From NCBI GenBank assembly GCA_012026655.1, contig JAAILG010000013.1, positions 62,001 through 126,000 of the forward strand: a DNA stretch of 64,000 nt, in the 5' to 3' direction. This DNA comes from Hydrolagus affinis. Lineage: Eukaryota. The notes under the pieces are model-generated. The model did not search any database, was not told where the DNA came from, and saw nothing but the letters and a program-made list of their open reading frames with translations. Below, piece after piece: positions 39,805 to 52,802 of the stretch (its first letter is position 1; each line of letters begins with the position of its first letter). A program made the translations under genes and the position numbers.

Positions 39805-40005
39805 ACATAAGAACAGGAATAGGCCATTCACCCCCTCAAGCCAGTTCTGCAATTCTGTTGGATCAAGGCTGATCTCTACCCCAACTCCAATTACCCACCC
39901 CATCTGTTGATACATTTACCTAACAAAAGTCTATCCACTTATTCTTCAATGAATGAGTACAGCCTTTGGTGGGGGAGAGTTTCATATTTCCACTACCTTT
40001 CCATG
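39805..40005 (-). mobile_element. CR1 3' end, degraded
   Basis: aacataagaacaggaataggccattca...ggctgatct...gagagtttcatatttccactacc parallels the 18184-18525 copy. Confidence 0.7.
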
Positions 40006-42947
40006 AAATTTGGCAATGTTCTGGCAATGTTTAATTCTGGCAATGTTTAACATTAAGGCAATATGGTCTTACGGCTAAGACAAGGGGGAATTTCAGGCCT
40101 CTGATAACTTAGGTATGGTCAAACAGTGGGGCTTGGCCAATGGTAATTTCTCTGTGTTCAAATTACACTAGCTTGTCAATCATTTTTAGCCTCAAGTTAT
40201 GGGTGTGCAGTCACATAACACAATCTGGCAATGTGAAAATGTATCAAGGTGATACTTTTTCATGATAGGTTTTAATTTTCTTTCTTCTCTCCCCCCTTGA
40301 GTTTGCTTTTGACTGGTAATTAAATCACCTGTCTTCTTTTTAAACAGAGGAGCAGAGTTGGAAAGCTCTGAGTGCAATTTACAATGCTATTCGGTGACAA
40401 TTTCTGTTCTTTCCTCCGACCAACAGCCCTTCTGATGTGTTGTCTCTGCAATGCTGATAAATCAATCCATCAAAAAAAAATTCCTCTGTGAAACTCAATC
40501 AGGAAAGGTCATGTAGGCAAGTGAGGAACAGATTAAATTAGCATAGAATTAGCCATGGAAAGTGAGTTCTGTCAAAATCATCATACTGCACAGCACAATT
40601 ATAATATGTTAATTATGCATTTCATTAAGGCACTGCTCTTTGAATTCTCGATGAAATGTCACTGGAGTAGGTGCCCGAAAAGAAAGGAAGATTGCAGGAC
40701 TAAACTTCTTTCTGTAACGTGTGACACTTTCATGTATCAAGTCAGGATCAACGCTTCATAATTCAATTGCAGTCCTCGAAGCTTATCATATAAGTAGGGA
40801 CGCCCAGTGGCTCACTCAGTCACCTAGTGGTGAGAGGCTATTTTTGGGGTAGGCTGGGATGACAGTGTTATCGAGTTGGACAAGGTAGAGGGAAGGCTGT
40901 GGTGAATGACAATCAACTTTCTATCCAATGTGCTCTCTCCAAACAGGATTATTGACCTTGCTAATGAATTGCACTGATTTATCAGCTCCTATGAAGCAAT
41001 CCACAAGTCTCCATTTTCAAAAAGTCTTACAATAAAATAAATAATAATCCTTAGGTTTGATATATTCAAGCGTTTCTAGATGCCCATCCCCCCACCACCC
41101 CCACCCGTGAAGGGTGCTATTTAAATGCAAGGTATTGTTGTTGTAGTGCCTTTCAAATTAGAAGTACATCTCAAAGCACTTCATAAGATACACTGACAAG
41201 ATATTGCCTTATTTTGTTGGTGAACGTAAATGTTAACTTGCTCCTTCATTGCATTCTGTCCCCAGTTTCGGAAGACAGGATCAAGGGCATTCATGCTACT
41301 TTTAACTTGGAGCACCGATGACACCATGATCCGACTTTGTTGACAATTAAGAGTGCAGTGAGGTAAATGATGCACGGCCCCTGTTCTCAGAGCCACTGAG
41401 GCTAGTTTGAAGAGCAGGTATCCTCGAGATCTCTGAGGGGAGTGGTGGCAGCAATGCCAAAGGTTAGCTGCCATGTCTCAGGCTGATGGCACGAGTTTCG
41501 AATTGATTTGTTGGTATCAGGAAACTCCCTCGAGATTCAGGAAAGTGCAGTGGCCAAATATGAAAGTCACAAATTGCAACCTTGAGACAATATTGCATGC
41601 ACCACATGGGTTATTTGGCACTCCTTTGTTGCAGTAGGAGCACTGGAATACAACAACCACAACAAAATTACATTTATAGAGTGCCTTTCACGTCGGGAGG
41701 ACGTCCCAACCCACTACACTGTAAACAGCAGAAAAAGATGAAACTGAAGTGAGTCCAGTTGAGTTGTGCAACATGCACCTAACATTGGTTCAGCCAATGC
41801 TCATATAGCTTGGACTGGGTATTCATGGGAGCACGCAAGGTATGAGAACCCAGTTCTGTCGTGTCAACTCAGGACTTAGAATTAATATTAATTTTACAGT
41901 CTAAAATCGAATGCGGGAGAATTGTGAACTTGTTGCAATTATTCAAAGATTAAAGGAAAACTGAACATGTCATATACAAAACCCGCTTTTAAAATGAATA
42001 AGTTGCGCTGACTCGAGGGATCCTTTATGAATTCCAGACTGAAATCCAGTAGCATTCCTGCAGATTGGTATTGTGGACATCTGTACTTACTTCTCAATTA
42101 AGAAATCCATTAAGAAATACCGCAAACCCAACCCTCTTCAGCTCCCCCACTCCCCACCCCCAACCCCCGGGACAACACTGGGCTGAAGACGCACTTTGGG
42201 AGCAGATTGCTAAAAGGTATTATTTTAAAATAAGACTGAGTTCCCCTTTAACACAGAAATCATTGTAGACTTGATCTGTCAGGCAGTGTCTTTGGTATTA
42301 ATCATCTGTCTGCTTTCTCAGCAGTAATGTCTTCATGCTCTGAAACGTTACACGTAAGGAATTTCTGACTTGCAAGGCAGAAATTCCTGATGACACACAA
42401 CCTTTAAAGCCACTAATGTAAACAAGGATTAGGGTTTACACTTCAATCACCGTGCTCATGAATGATTCTCTACACCTTCTGCCTTTAAACTGATAATCCT
42501 GGCTTCCTTGCCCCCGGACAGAGCCGTATGATTTGTACAGTAGTTTGTGAAAGCTAGGCCGAGTACTCGCTTCACACCTCTGTGACAGTCATTTCCTCTG
42601 AAGTGTTTGAAGATTTTAGTTCAACCCAGAGGATGCCACTTGAGTTTGACACTGAGCAATGTATAGTATATATGAATGCGAAGAACGGTGGCTGTGATTC
42701 AATTTAATTCTCTTCTCCAATGTATGTGGATAAAACACAAACGACCCCCACCCACACCCCCCCCGACTCCCCACCAAGTGTCCTCAGAGACGGGGCGGCG
42801 GAGGTGATAAAAGAGACTGGTGCAAATTGTGACCCAAAAACCCGCCCGAGGCAACTTTGTGAAGGGAAAAATGTTGGACCTGATATTAACATCCGTGATA
42901 ATGATCACGTTGACACAAAATGAAGTCAAAAGCAGCCAATGGCCTAA

Positions 42948-42975
42948 GGGGGGGGGGGGGGGGGGGGGGGGGGGG
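42948..42975 (+). repeat. Poly-G tract (28 nt)
   Basis: Direct count; homopolymer length may be assembly-dependent. Confidence 0.9.
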
Positions 42976-43626
42976 ATTTGTGAGCCCCGGGGGCAATAGT
43001 AACCGTTGGCCACTTTTGAACGTGCTGTTTGGTCAATGTTGATAATCATCGTGAACGAACCACTGTGTTTACATGAAGCCAGGATTATTTCCGTGCAAAA
43101 GAAGGAAGACATATCCCGAAGTTTATTTACGTACTACCAGGCGGTGAAATTGCAGAAAATAAAGCGTTGCGAGCAACCTTATGCTCTGACGTGCCTTTTT
43201 GGTTACGTAACCCTCCACCTGCACTCCTGCACAGAGCAGTTGGCAGAAAATAGGCTACGTTTCAAATCAAAAAATACGAGCCAGGCTGTGAACACAATGG
43301 CAAATTGCTGGGAGCACCCTTAAGGCAGTGATTTAATCGTGGGGTCCTGCTGTCGTCCATAAATTGCTCAGATTTTCCTCTTACGCTTTGCAGCATCATT
43401 AGAACTGCCTGATTGAATGATAGCCTTGCAAAGCACTGCCAGCTATCTATTTTCCTATATGTGATATGCACAATGTCATGATCAGTTTTGCCCCCACCAC
43501 CCCAACCCTCCGCGCCCCCTCCCCCACCCCACCCTCCATCCCACCCCTCTCTTAACATCTGATGAGGAGAGATTAGGAAAAAATGGTTGAAAAGCTGAGT
43601 GTGAAGAATGAGTCTTTTCTCAGGTT

Positions 43627-43748
43627 ATAATAATAATAATCCTCGCATTTGATACGGCGCTTTTCACATCTTCTAGACAAACGTCTCAAAGCGCTTCACA
43701 GAATATACTGTAAAATGAATTGACTGTATATTTGCGGGCGAAACGCGG
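43627..43748 (-). mobile_element. Truncated SINE family A tail
   Basis: aataataatcctcgcatttgatacggcgcttttcac...tttgcgggcgaaacgcgg. Confidence 0.85.
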
Positions 43749-46443
43749 TTCTATCTACTCTCTAGTTCCGATTTAAATCGAGTGATCTTCTCTACTTTCA
43801 CCTGAATTTCTCCATCTTCAGTCTCCCAAATAATTGCACATTCCCAGGTGATCCTGGCCATCCTAGAGGTGATGTTTGGAAGTCACACCGGAGAATTGTA
43901 GGACACTGAAGCATCTGACATTCCCTCTTTTCCTTTTGTTCCTCAGTTCCCTAGATGGCGCGGCTGAGATTAGCAACTCATAGGTAGGAAACCAAGATCT
44001 GAGAACTCTGCTTCTGACTGAGTCTATTGAGTCAACTGCAATCACAGTGAAGTCAACTTGAACCCATTTAGATTCTCCCTTTGGTGATAACTTGAAGTGC
44101 CCAAGGTGCATTTGCGCTGAAAACAAATTGCTACAAAAAAAATCACTGCAAAATCATATAACAAGAGGTCATTCAGCCCATAAAGCCAACTCCCTCCCCA
44201 CATAGTCCAATTTATCACAACTTCACTAACGCTTTCAATATCCTGGACTAAAGCTCCATATGGATAACCCCAAAGCCAATGAAATAAAAACATTGTAACA
44301 TTCCTAAAGTCATACGCCAAGTATTAAAATATGGCTAACTCGACCGACCGACACACACATACACACCACACACACACAAACGCTCACAGACACAGGCACA
44401 CATTTTCTGCAACCGAAGCTGGCAAATGAATCATTCTGTCCCTTGGATTTTAATGGGCAGAAGGCAAGTGGGGGTTTTAAGGTCCAGTAAAGGCCAGTGG
44501 CAAATACTCTCATCCTTCTTGTGTTCTCTTACTCGATGCTTTACTCCAGCTAACACTTCCTGAAGCTTTTTGTCATTCTGCTCTTGTTCCACTATCCCTT
44601 AGGATTACATTTCCTGCCGAAATTCACCCTATATCCTCCTCACTAATGTGGTAGGATCCTTCCTTCCTCCGTTTAGGATAAATCCAGTTTTCTCACTCAA
44701 TTTCATTTCCGCGACCTGATCGCATGCTGTGCCCACGTTACATTAATTATGAAACCGTTCATGTTGACCAGGAAAATGAACGTGGATTGGTATCAATAGT
44801 GATTGCGAAAGGCAGTTTAGCAGTCACAGTGGGAGTCCAGGGAGAGAAAATCAATCATTTAATTTCCAGTTGATTTGTAAAACAAGGACTCCCCATGTCA
44901 CTTTACAAAGTACTTAAAAGTGCGATGGGTGGCTGTCCCCACTAGGTCACTACAACCTTAATGTGAGTTGACTTTGGACACTGCAGCACCTCCTTTGGTG
45001 GCACTGCCTGAATTAGTTTCAGATGATGAATTAATCAGAATCATGTCATTTGATATTCTGAAGGACGGTAGTCAAGCCATCATGGGCTTTGAATGATGGA
45101 CCTACGGTTCTGCTTCTCTTGGCACTAGCCTACAATGCCCTCGCTGCTGTGGGAATGTGCCTGTAACTAATTCAGAGTGATCACAGAATCAAAACTGGAG
45201 TGTGCTGTGCAAAATGTCTGGATGATTTTGAAGGCTGCTGCAGATTGCGAATACGCTTAAATTGTATGCAAAGGGATTGAAGTCGGGACAAAAGTAGAGG
45301 TTAGCAGTGATGTCTCAATAGAGAGCGACATCGGAGACAGCATTGTGTGTTTGTGTAAGAGCATCAGTGGGCGTTATGAAAAGATGATGATATGGCTGTT
45401 CAGGCTAAAGGAGTGAGTGACGGACAGATAGATATCCAAGGACAAGCAAGCTCTGGGCAGACTTGCTAAGGGTAGGGGTTTGTGAAGTTGATTTCCTCCT
45501 ATTCACCAAAAGTAACTCGATCACACCTGAGCGAACAGCTGAATTATACAGGATGTCTGAAGTATTTGGGATAAATGTAAAAAAGGTCCTCATGATGGTG
45601 TGAATTTGAGTGTTAATCAGAGTAACAGTGTGTATATGTGTTCAGGGAGTGGGTGGGGGGAGCAGGGGAGGAAACAAACAATGTTACTTTTTAGGAAAAA
45701 AAAGAGTTCAGGCCTAAATAAATCACTGAAAGATAATGATTTCAAGGTGCAACTGAATCCCAATAATGGACAATCTTTGTACTATCTTGGCTAGCTGAGG
45801 GGAGCTGGTGATTGACAGAATCAACCTCTGATCCTTCAATCAGCCTTTTCTCAGGCTGGCAAGACAGTTCGCCTATGCATCCATTACTGCTTAATTAAAA
45901 TGCTGCAGCCTTCCAGAAATGCAAAGATGTACAGCGACCGCTCACACGCGCAGTGACAGAACAGCCGAACTCCTGCTTTGAATAAAGTCCTGGAACCACT
46001 GACTTGGCAGCTGTGGAATTTCAGATAGCGCTGGACGGAAGCCGACCGGGGATGGTGGTGGTGGTGGGGGGTGGTGGGGGGGGGGTGAAGGGATTAAGGG
46101 AGGGAGGGGAAATTAACACCAGTTCAAATGATTAAAGCAGATAAGAAAGTTGTTTGGGTTTGGAGCGCTGATAAATGCCCTGGATGTCTGTGCCTCCGCA
46201 CAGTTTAATGATCCCAACATGAAGCATTTCCAATGGTGCTTTTACCAATTGCACCCCCTCCCCTCCCCACCCCAAACCAAACAGAATGCACAGTGATTTG
46301 AATCAAGACCCACAACCCCCTCCCCCCAAGCAAAACAAAGGCGTCCCCTATCAATAGAGAAATACTATTCCTAATAAAGCAAATAGTTGGACAGTTGTGG
46401 TGGGCTTGACAAAACCTGCAGGAAGTCTCTGGGGGGATATTAC

Positions 46444-46564
46444 CTTGCTCATTATTTCACTGATTGGCTTTATTTCGTCCGAGTCTCTGCCGCACAATTC
46501 TCTGACAGCTGATGGGTGGCTTGCTGAGCCAATCTACCAGCTGCCGGCCGGCTCTGTCTGCAGG
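46444..46564 (-). other. Candidate 121-nt exon (5' UTR type, possibly ending in ATG AGC AAG)
   Basis: Acceptor gctttttttccctgcag| and donor AAG|gtaata; stops in all three frames; embedded in about 2 kb free of recognisable transposons. Confidence 0.45.
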
Positions 46565-47139
46565 CTGCAGGGAAAAAAAGCAGCTCTCCTTCCTCTACCC
46601 TCCCTGACTCCTCTCCAGATCATTACACATGACAAAACAACCATCCTAATTATAAAGAGCTTTCCCAGCTCTGTCATCGTGACAATTACTGCACACAGAG
46701 CTCAATATTCGCCGTGCTGCACACAGACACTAATGTATTGCAGCAGTTCATTTTGATGGTACTGAATTGTTCCCTTGTGAATCTTTGGTTACGTTTTGTT
46801 GGAATTTTTTGCTGACAGGGTTCAAAAGTTTAAGACTCTGGTGACAGAAGAGTGATTGCTGTTTAACTGAGGAAAGAAATTAGTTAAAGACTTTCCTGGA
46901 TGAGGGAGGGGAGGGGTGGTACAGTCTCGCAGCAAATAAGGTGGAATTCTGTTCCAAAAAGGCTGGGATTCTATCTCCGACCAATGCAACGATATGTTTG
47001 TGTGGATCATTTTCCTTTCCAGCTCATTTGAAATTCCTTGGGATTGTCCAAAGCTTTTTTTTGCCCTCGTTAAGAATGAGCCTGTATATATATATTTTTA
47101 AAATTAAATCAAAATTTTGTATTTTAACAGTGGAACTCT

Positions 47140-47640
47140 GAAATGATGCATTAAACATTGCTAACAGGTTAGCTGACGGTCACAGTTAAAGGCTCTGTAG
47201 TCTGGCAGTGCAATTGTAAGGCATTTAATTCTGCTATAGCCGCTGTAAAACTGCTCTTTGAAGTTGGCAATTTCTAATTGAGAATGAAGCTGAGGACGTC
47301 TTCAATGAAAGGGGCTTGTTTTCATCTCCAAAGTAGCATTGCATGACTGTTTCCTCCTTCCGCTCCCACCCCTCACCAGCTCCCTATAAATGTTCATCAT
47401 TGCCTTTAATCACAAAATGTACTAATTGGCAGGTTAAACATTATTGTGAATTTATCGTACAAAAAAACCCCTACTCATTTACTAATAGGCAGCACAAGGG
47501 CAAGGTCAGATCAGCTGCATTTGAGTTACCTCACTGCACTTCAATCCTGATTCATTCATATGCAAAAATTGATTTAGGCTATGAGATGTAAAGGCTCATT
47601 TGCATTGTGTACCGTTACTGACTGATACACGGATGATCAC
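47140..47640. promoter_or_regulatory. Candidate enhancer / CNE block
   Basis: Repeat-free; TCF/LEF-like ctctttgaag, octamer atttgcat near 47599, several TAAT cores. Confidence 0.3.
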
Positions 47641-47740
47641 TAAATTCTGGAATGAAGCTGGATCTAACTGTTTCACCCAGGCCTGAACTGACTTTTGTTC
47701 TCCTGCTGAAATGGGACTGTCAATGTTATATCTCTGGCTC

Positions 47741-47920
47741 AAAAACGAGAGTTGCTGGGGAAACTCAGCAGGTCAGACAGCATCCATGGAGAAAGGGAAA
47801 AGAGTCAACGTTTCGGGTCTACAACCCTTCGTCAGAACTGGGACTTGACCTGCCGAGTTACCCCAGCAACTCTTGTTTTTGTTTCAGATTCCCAGCATCT
47901 GTAGTATTTTGTGTTTTGTT
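47741..47920. mobile_element. Penelope-like inverted-repeat element
   Basis: 35-bp arms 47741-47775 and 47846-47880 (32/35 complementary); homologous to 28903-29125. Confidence 0.7.
47802..47840 (-). ncRNA. Minimal type I hammerhead ribozyme motif
   Basis: cAGUU-CUGACGA-a-GGGUU-gua-GACCC-GAAAC-GUU/GACUc: catalytic core, 5-bp stem II, palindromic stem III, NUH triplet GUU, 4-bp stem I. Confidence 0.65.
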
Positions 47921-47964
47921 TATATCTCTAGCTGTTTACTCAGAATTGGCTTTACGGGACCCAG

Positions 47965-48230
47965 TCCGGCTTTTATCTCTCACCACCTCTGCCACCGCCT
48001 CTCCCCTCGGGCTGCTGAGACCCTTGTCCACACTTTTAGCAAGTTCACGCTTGACTACGTCGATGCCCAGCGCTCCGGTCTCCCTGCTCTGTCCTACACC
48101 AGACCTCTGTAGCCTGTATTTTCTCGTTTAAATTCCTTCCATCCTATACCTCTGCGACCTCCTCAAACCCTACTGAGCATTCCGCTAGCGCTCGCCTGCC
48201 TGTTCTTCCGACTTGCTCCCTTCCTACCGT
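47965..48230 (+). mobile_element. Decayed L2 LINE ORF2 fragment
   Basis: ORF 47873-48112 has LSPRAAETLVHTFSKFTLDYVDAQRSGLP, matching L2 LS..AAETLVHAFVTSRLDYCNALL.GLP. Confidence 0.8.
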
Positions 48231-49728
48231 GTTCAAAGCAAGCAGAAAATTAAGTTGAACGTTCGGTTCAGGCCAAATGCTAGGGGACTGTCAACCAGGG
48301 CTACTTATACTAAGCAGGTCAAGCTCAGCAGTTCTGGCAAATGGGACTCTGATTCGTTTGAATGCCAAGCATTCCTTACAGCTTAAACAATGCACACACT
48401 CTCAGCTGAACAACTGCAGAATTGGCTTGTGCACTTTCTTTTGTTGAAGGCCAAGTTACCCTTTACTTTCAACTTGTGGTTTTCCCTCTCGCTGCTTCTG
48501 CCCAAGTCTTACATTTCCCGTGGCTGATAGGTTGGTCCTGCCTCCACCATTCCCCCCCTCCCCTCCCACCCCCTTCATCTGGCTGAAGGCAAGCAAGTGG
48601 AGGTACCTGGTGAGCAATCAATGGGGATTCCTGTGGGTTAACCTCCCTTTGGTTTATAAATTTGCCAGAAGTAGAATAAATTTACAACAAAGGATAGCTA
48701 AGGTTTAACATTAATCCCAAAGAACCTTCTTAGGTACCTTAATCATTCTAACTGATGTTAAATTTTATATTCCCTTCTGGCATTAAAGCAGCTGAGATCA
48801 GGAATTCAGCACAGCACCACTGAGCCTCTCAGAGCTATTTATTCTACAACTCAGTTCTTTAATCTGGAATCTAAGACGTAAACAGAACCCGAGAGCGCCT
48901 CTAACTTGAGTTACTGCCTTCCCTCAATAATCAGAGGAGCGTTCGTCATTTCTTAATATAAAAAATATAAAAGGACCCATGCGGAGACACTGCCACTGTC
49001 CGCAAGAAGTTAATTTTGGACAGTTTCCAATTACAAATCATGCCAATGTCACTTTGAAACATTGGCTGGTAAAGAAAGGTGCCCATTAATACGGGTTCCC
49101 GGTGCATTCTTCGTTACCTCAGCGCCTTGGGACGTCCTCCTGACATGAAAGGCGCTACACGTATGTCATTGTTGTAGTTGTTGTATCCCATAGTAAAATA
49201 TGGTCTTGTTTCACATGACAATTCAATAAAGGGAAGCTATAAATAAATAAAGTACTCCTGCACCTATTGCAGGCAGTATAATTCCACCCTCCCCACTACC
49301 CCCTCTTCCTCCACCTCCCATTGCAAAACTGCCTGTGCCGGAGTTTACTCTAATAGATATCCAATTTCTGAGGCAAATACAATCATGCTGCAAGTCAACA
49401 AAACAGGGACTTGCATTGATATTATGCAGCGTCTACTGTTTTATGTGGCAATTTTCCTAATTTAGATACTGTAATTCACTGCCGAGACAAAATCCTTGGA
49501 GAGTAAAACATTTACTAATAAAGCCCCAAAGAAAAAGCCTTGCTTTTCTATGTATCATTTGTTGTGAAAATGATCTTAATTCTCCCATTGCAAATTCTAC
49601 TGGGTTTAGCACAATCCTGTGGCATTAACCCCTTCACTGACGTGTAAGTTATAACTGTACTGTTTCCACACAAAACTTATTTGAGATTGTGACCTAACAA
49701 TAGTGATCAGTATCACATCCATACTCGT

Positions 49729-50005
49729 GGAGTCCTGTAGCTCAGTGGTTAGAGCACTCACTTCACAAGCAAGAGACCTGGGTTCAACTCCAGGCAGGGC
49801 GAAACCTTGGGCAAGTTTCCTTACTGCACACGCCTAATAGTAATCCCTCAAAAAAAATTGGTCATTTCAATTCACAACTGTTTGTGGACACTGCTGTGCG
49901 TAATTGGCTGCCGTGTTTCGTGTGCAAATATACAGTCAATTCCCTTTACAGTGAAACGCTTTGAGACTCTAGAAGATATGAGAAGTGGTTTATCATTTAT
50001 TATTA
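49729..50005 (+). mobile_element. Full-length SINE family A
   Basis: ggagtcctgtagctcagtggttagagcactcacttcacaagcaagagacctgggttcaactccaggcagggcgaaaccttgggcaagt... Confidence 0.92.
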
Positions 50006-50007
50006 AT

Positions 50008-50348
50008 GCGGTGCTGAAAGAGAGATGCATTGTCGGAGGTGCCATTCTTCGAATGAGACATTAAATCAAATTCCCGCCCGCCTGTTCAGGTGAATGGTAA
50101 AGATCCCATGGCACTGTTGAAAACGAGATGGAAGTTTCTCCTGGTCCAGATCAATAATAATCCCTCAGATAAACTTGGATGCTCCCTTCACACTGTTTGT
50201 GGGGACATTGCTATGCACAAATTGTCTGCCACATTCATCTACAATATACACAGTCACTACACTTTACGGTAAAATCCTGTGAAAGCCTTAAGATGCATTC
50301 GTCTGACGTGGAATGTGCTGAATTAAATGCAAAGATTATCATTATTTT
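50008..50348 (+). mobile_element. Old Deu-domain SINE, headless
   Basis: gcattgtcggaggtgccattcttcgaatgagacattaaa...ttcaggtgaatggtaaagatcccatggcactg...tgctatgcacaaattgtctgcc...tail. Confidence 0.85.
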
Positions 50349-52654
50349 ATAAAATGAATCAGAGGTGGAATTACGCCCCACAGGACAGCGATTGTGCCTG
50401 TTTTTTCCTCTCCTCCCTGTTTAATCTCTGCGACACAAGGCAACCCAGTCGCTACTGTGAAACACAAAAGAAGCACTCATCCAACTGACTGCGATAATTA
50501 ACTGAAAAGAAAAAAACTTCCACTTCATTAAACAATAAGAAGAGTATTATGAAGGTTTTAAAAATACATTTGAAAAGATTATTGTACAAGATGATCCCGA
50601 ACGAGTTTGGCAAAAACGGAGCCATTCCAACACGTCATTGTATTGATATTTGCTGAACTGTCGATGATTTTGGTCACACAGGTATTTGAGGCACAAGAAG
50701 TAAATGTAATGTGGCTTTTCTGTGATCTTGTAAGATGTCCTGTGAGCCACAATACTTTTACACTTTCAACATCTGTCTCTCAATTTTATTAGTCATTAAA
50801 AAAAATTGCAGTGGCATTATTTTGCACCTTTTTTTTATTTTTAGGTTAATGGCGCGTGTGAGCTAGAGTTTCCCCAGAGGACCTTGGTGTCCTATGAAGG
50901 GACAATAATGACATACAAAGCTCTCCAGTAACTAATCACCGAGGGTCGATAGGCCTGGGGTAGGTTCACAACCCTCGGCTACAACAACAACAGATTACAT
51001 TTGTACAGAGCCTTTCACCTCAGGAGGATGTCCCAAAGCACTGAACGCTCGGCCTTGGCTACCACTAGCCTTTCTCCGACACCGGATGGTGAACGTTCAA
51101 AAGAATCACTCACCAATATTCCACCTCCCAAGCCTAGGGCCACCAAGTCCAGCGGAAGTTTCCCCCCATCACTGCCATGCTGACTAAGATCAAGGATCAA
51201 ATCATTCATGGTGAGGAGAGGTTCGGGGAAAGAGGGGGACTATAGAAATCTCACTTGGGTCTCGATTTACTCTATTAATGCAGTATTTCAGAGGAAACTG
51301 AATTTGGCAAATTCCCCAAAATCTGTGCCTCACTTACACAGCATCTACGCAGTATAATTCCGACTCTCGAGACTCAATGTTAAAATAACCCTATTGTGCA
51401 GATCTTGCCATTCGCCTATGACATCAAATGATTCTAAACTTTATCTCAAGTACCCACCCTCCCTGAATACGGCCACGTCTCCTGAGCCAGGAATAGGCTT
51501 CCAACTTGTCACTCCCAGTCCACAGAAGTGTTAATCCAAACATAATCCTGATCGAAGGGTTGCAGTTCAGTGGACGCCAGCGAAACATTTATCAGGATTT
51601 GACTACAATTCACTGCTTAAATGCTTGATTTGGTCCCTCGCAAACTAGAAAAACCAAAGACAGCAGCTAATTACTGCAGTTGAGTTTCACACTGTCACAT
51701 CCTCTTTGATTATTTTATAACATGATTTGGGTCAGACGAAGAGCTGGGGAGGAGGCTGTGTCTTCTCTGCTGATGACCAGATGGTAATGAAGGTCACAAC
51801 AAAGTTCTGCATGTTCAGATCAGTGCTCTGCCATGCCTTTTACCCATGGTGTCACTGTGTGAGGATTAACTACCTCTTGATAAATGACCATAAGATTGTT
51901 ATCAAATGGATACACTTGTGTTAAATTGCTGTTTAGTGACTTACCTTTGGCTGGGATAACTTTTAACAATCATACAAGCCCACTTCAGTGCTGTGGTAAT
52001 ACTCACTTGAATGTTATGTGATTTTGTACTCGGGGAGCTCAATGACATATAACGAGACCAGTGAGGTTTTGGACAAGAAGTAATGATGAGATAGTGTTTG
52101 TCATGGGTGCAAGAGATCGGGGTGGGTGGGGATGCAAACAGTCCATTTAAATAAAAGGGTTATTTTTCCAATTGGCAAGGCCTATTGTGCACTTTTGCAC
52201 ATCTCCTCACCCTGGCCTTATGTACAGTGCTAATCTAGCAAATGTATTTCCAGTGACCGAAAGGTGCCAACCGAGTATGATGACAAGCAGCCTGAAAATG
52301 GCTGTGTGTAATTTACAGTCAGCAAGAAATGACGAGCTAGTACAGATTTCCTTTGCACAAAAAGCTGTCTTTTCCACTGAAAAACAAATAAATATCAGCC
52401 TGTTAAGACGTTCGTTCCTAATGTGGTGTTGTCAAGGAAATAAAGCTGCGATACCGTGCCTTATATTGTTGCCAGAGATGCATCTATATGAAGTACTTAA
52501 ATAGGAATAAGCTGACTTATATCACAGTGTCTGGGTTGGATGGAATTTATATTTCATAAATATAAAACAGCTCGCATTAACTATTGGCATTTGTTGTTGG
52601 GGCAGTTGTTGCTCTGGCCAGTAACTGTCCCAAATAAAATATAGTTGTTCATTC

Positions 52655-52802
52655 CATGGCTGTTTGTGAGCACAAATTGGCTGCCGTGTTTTGCCTGCAA
52701 AATCCACACATTATATTTTACAGTGTATCGTGTTACATGCTTTTGAGTCATCCCTCCCAACATGAAAGAAGCTATATCAAATCCAAGGATTATTATTATT
52801 AT
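52655..52802 (+). mobile_element. Truncated SINE 3' part
   Basis: gcacaaattggctgccgtgttttgcc...gctatatcaaatccaaggattattattatt. Confidence 0.75.

Noticed and set aside
40010-40055. ctggcaatgtt repeated three times
   Set aside because: Simple local slippage duplication beside a CR1 relic.
46397-46756. 119-aa plus-strand ORF with a hydrophobic N-terminus
   Set aside because: GTG start, no recognisable homology; the minus-strand splice signals explain the region better.
47652-48131. 159-aa ORF
   Set aside because: It spans the Penelope-like hairpin and an out-of-frame L2 relic; not a gene.
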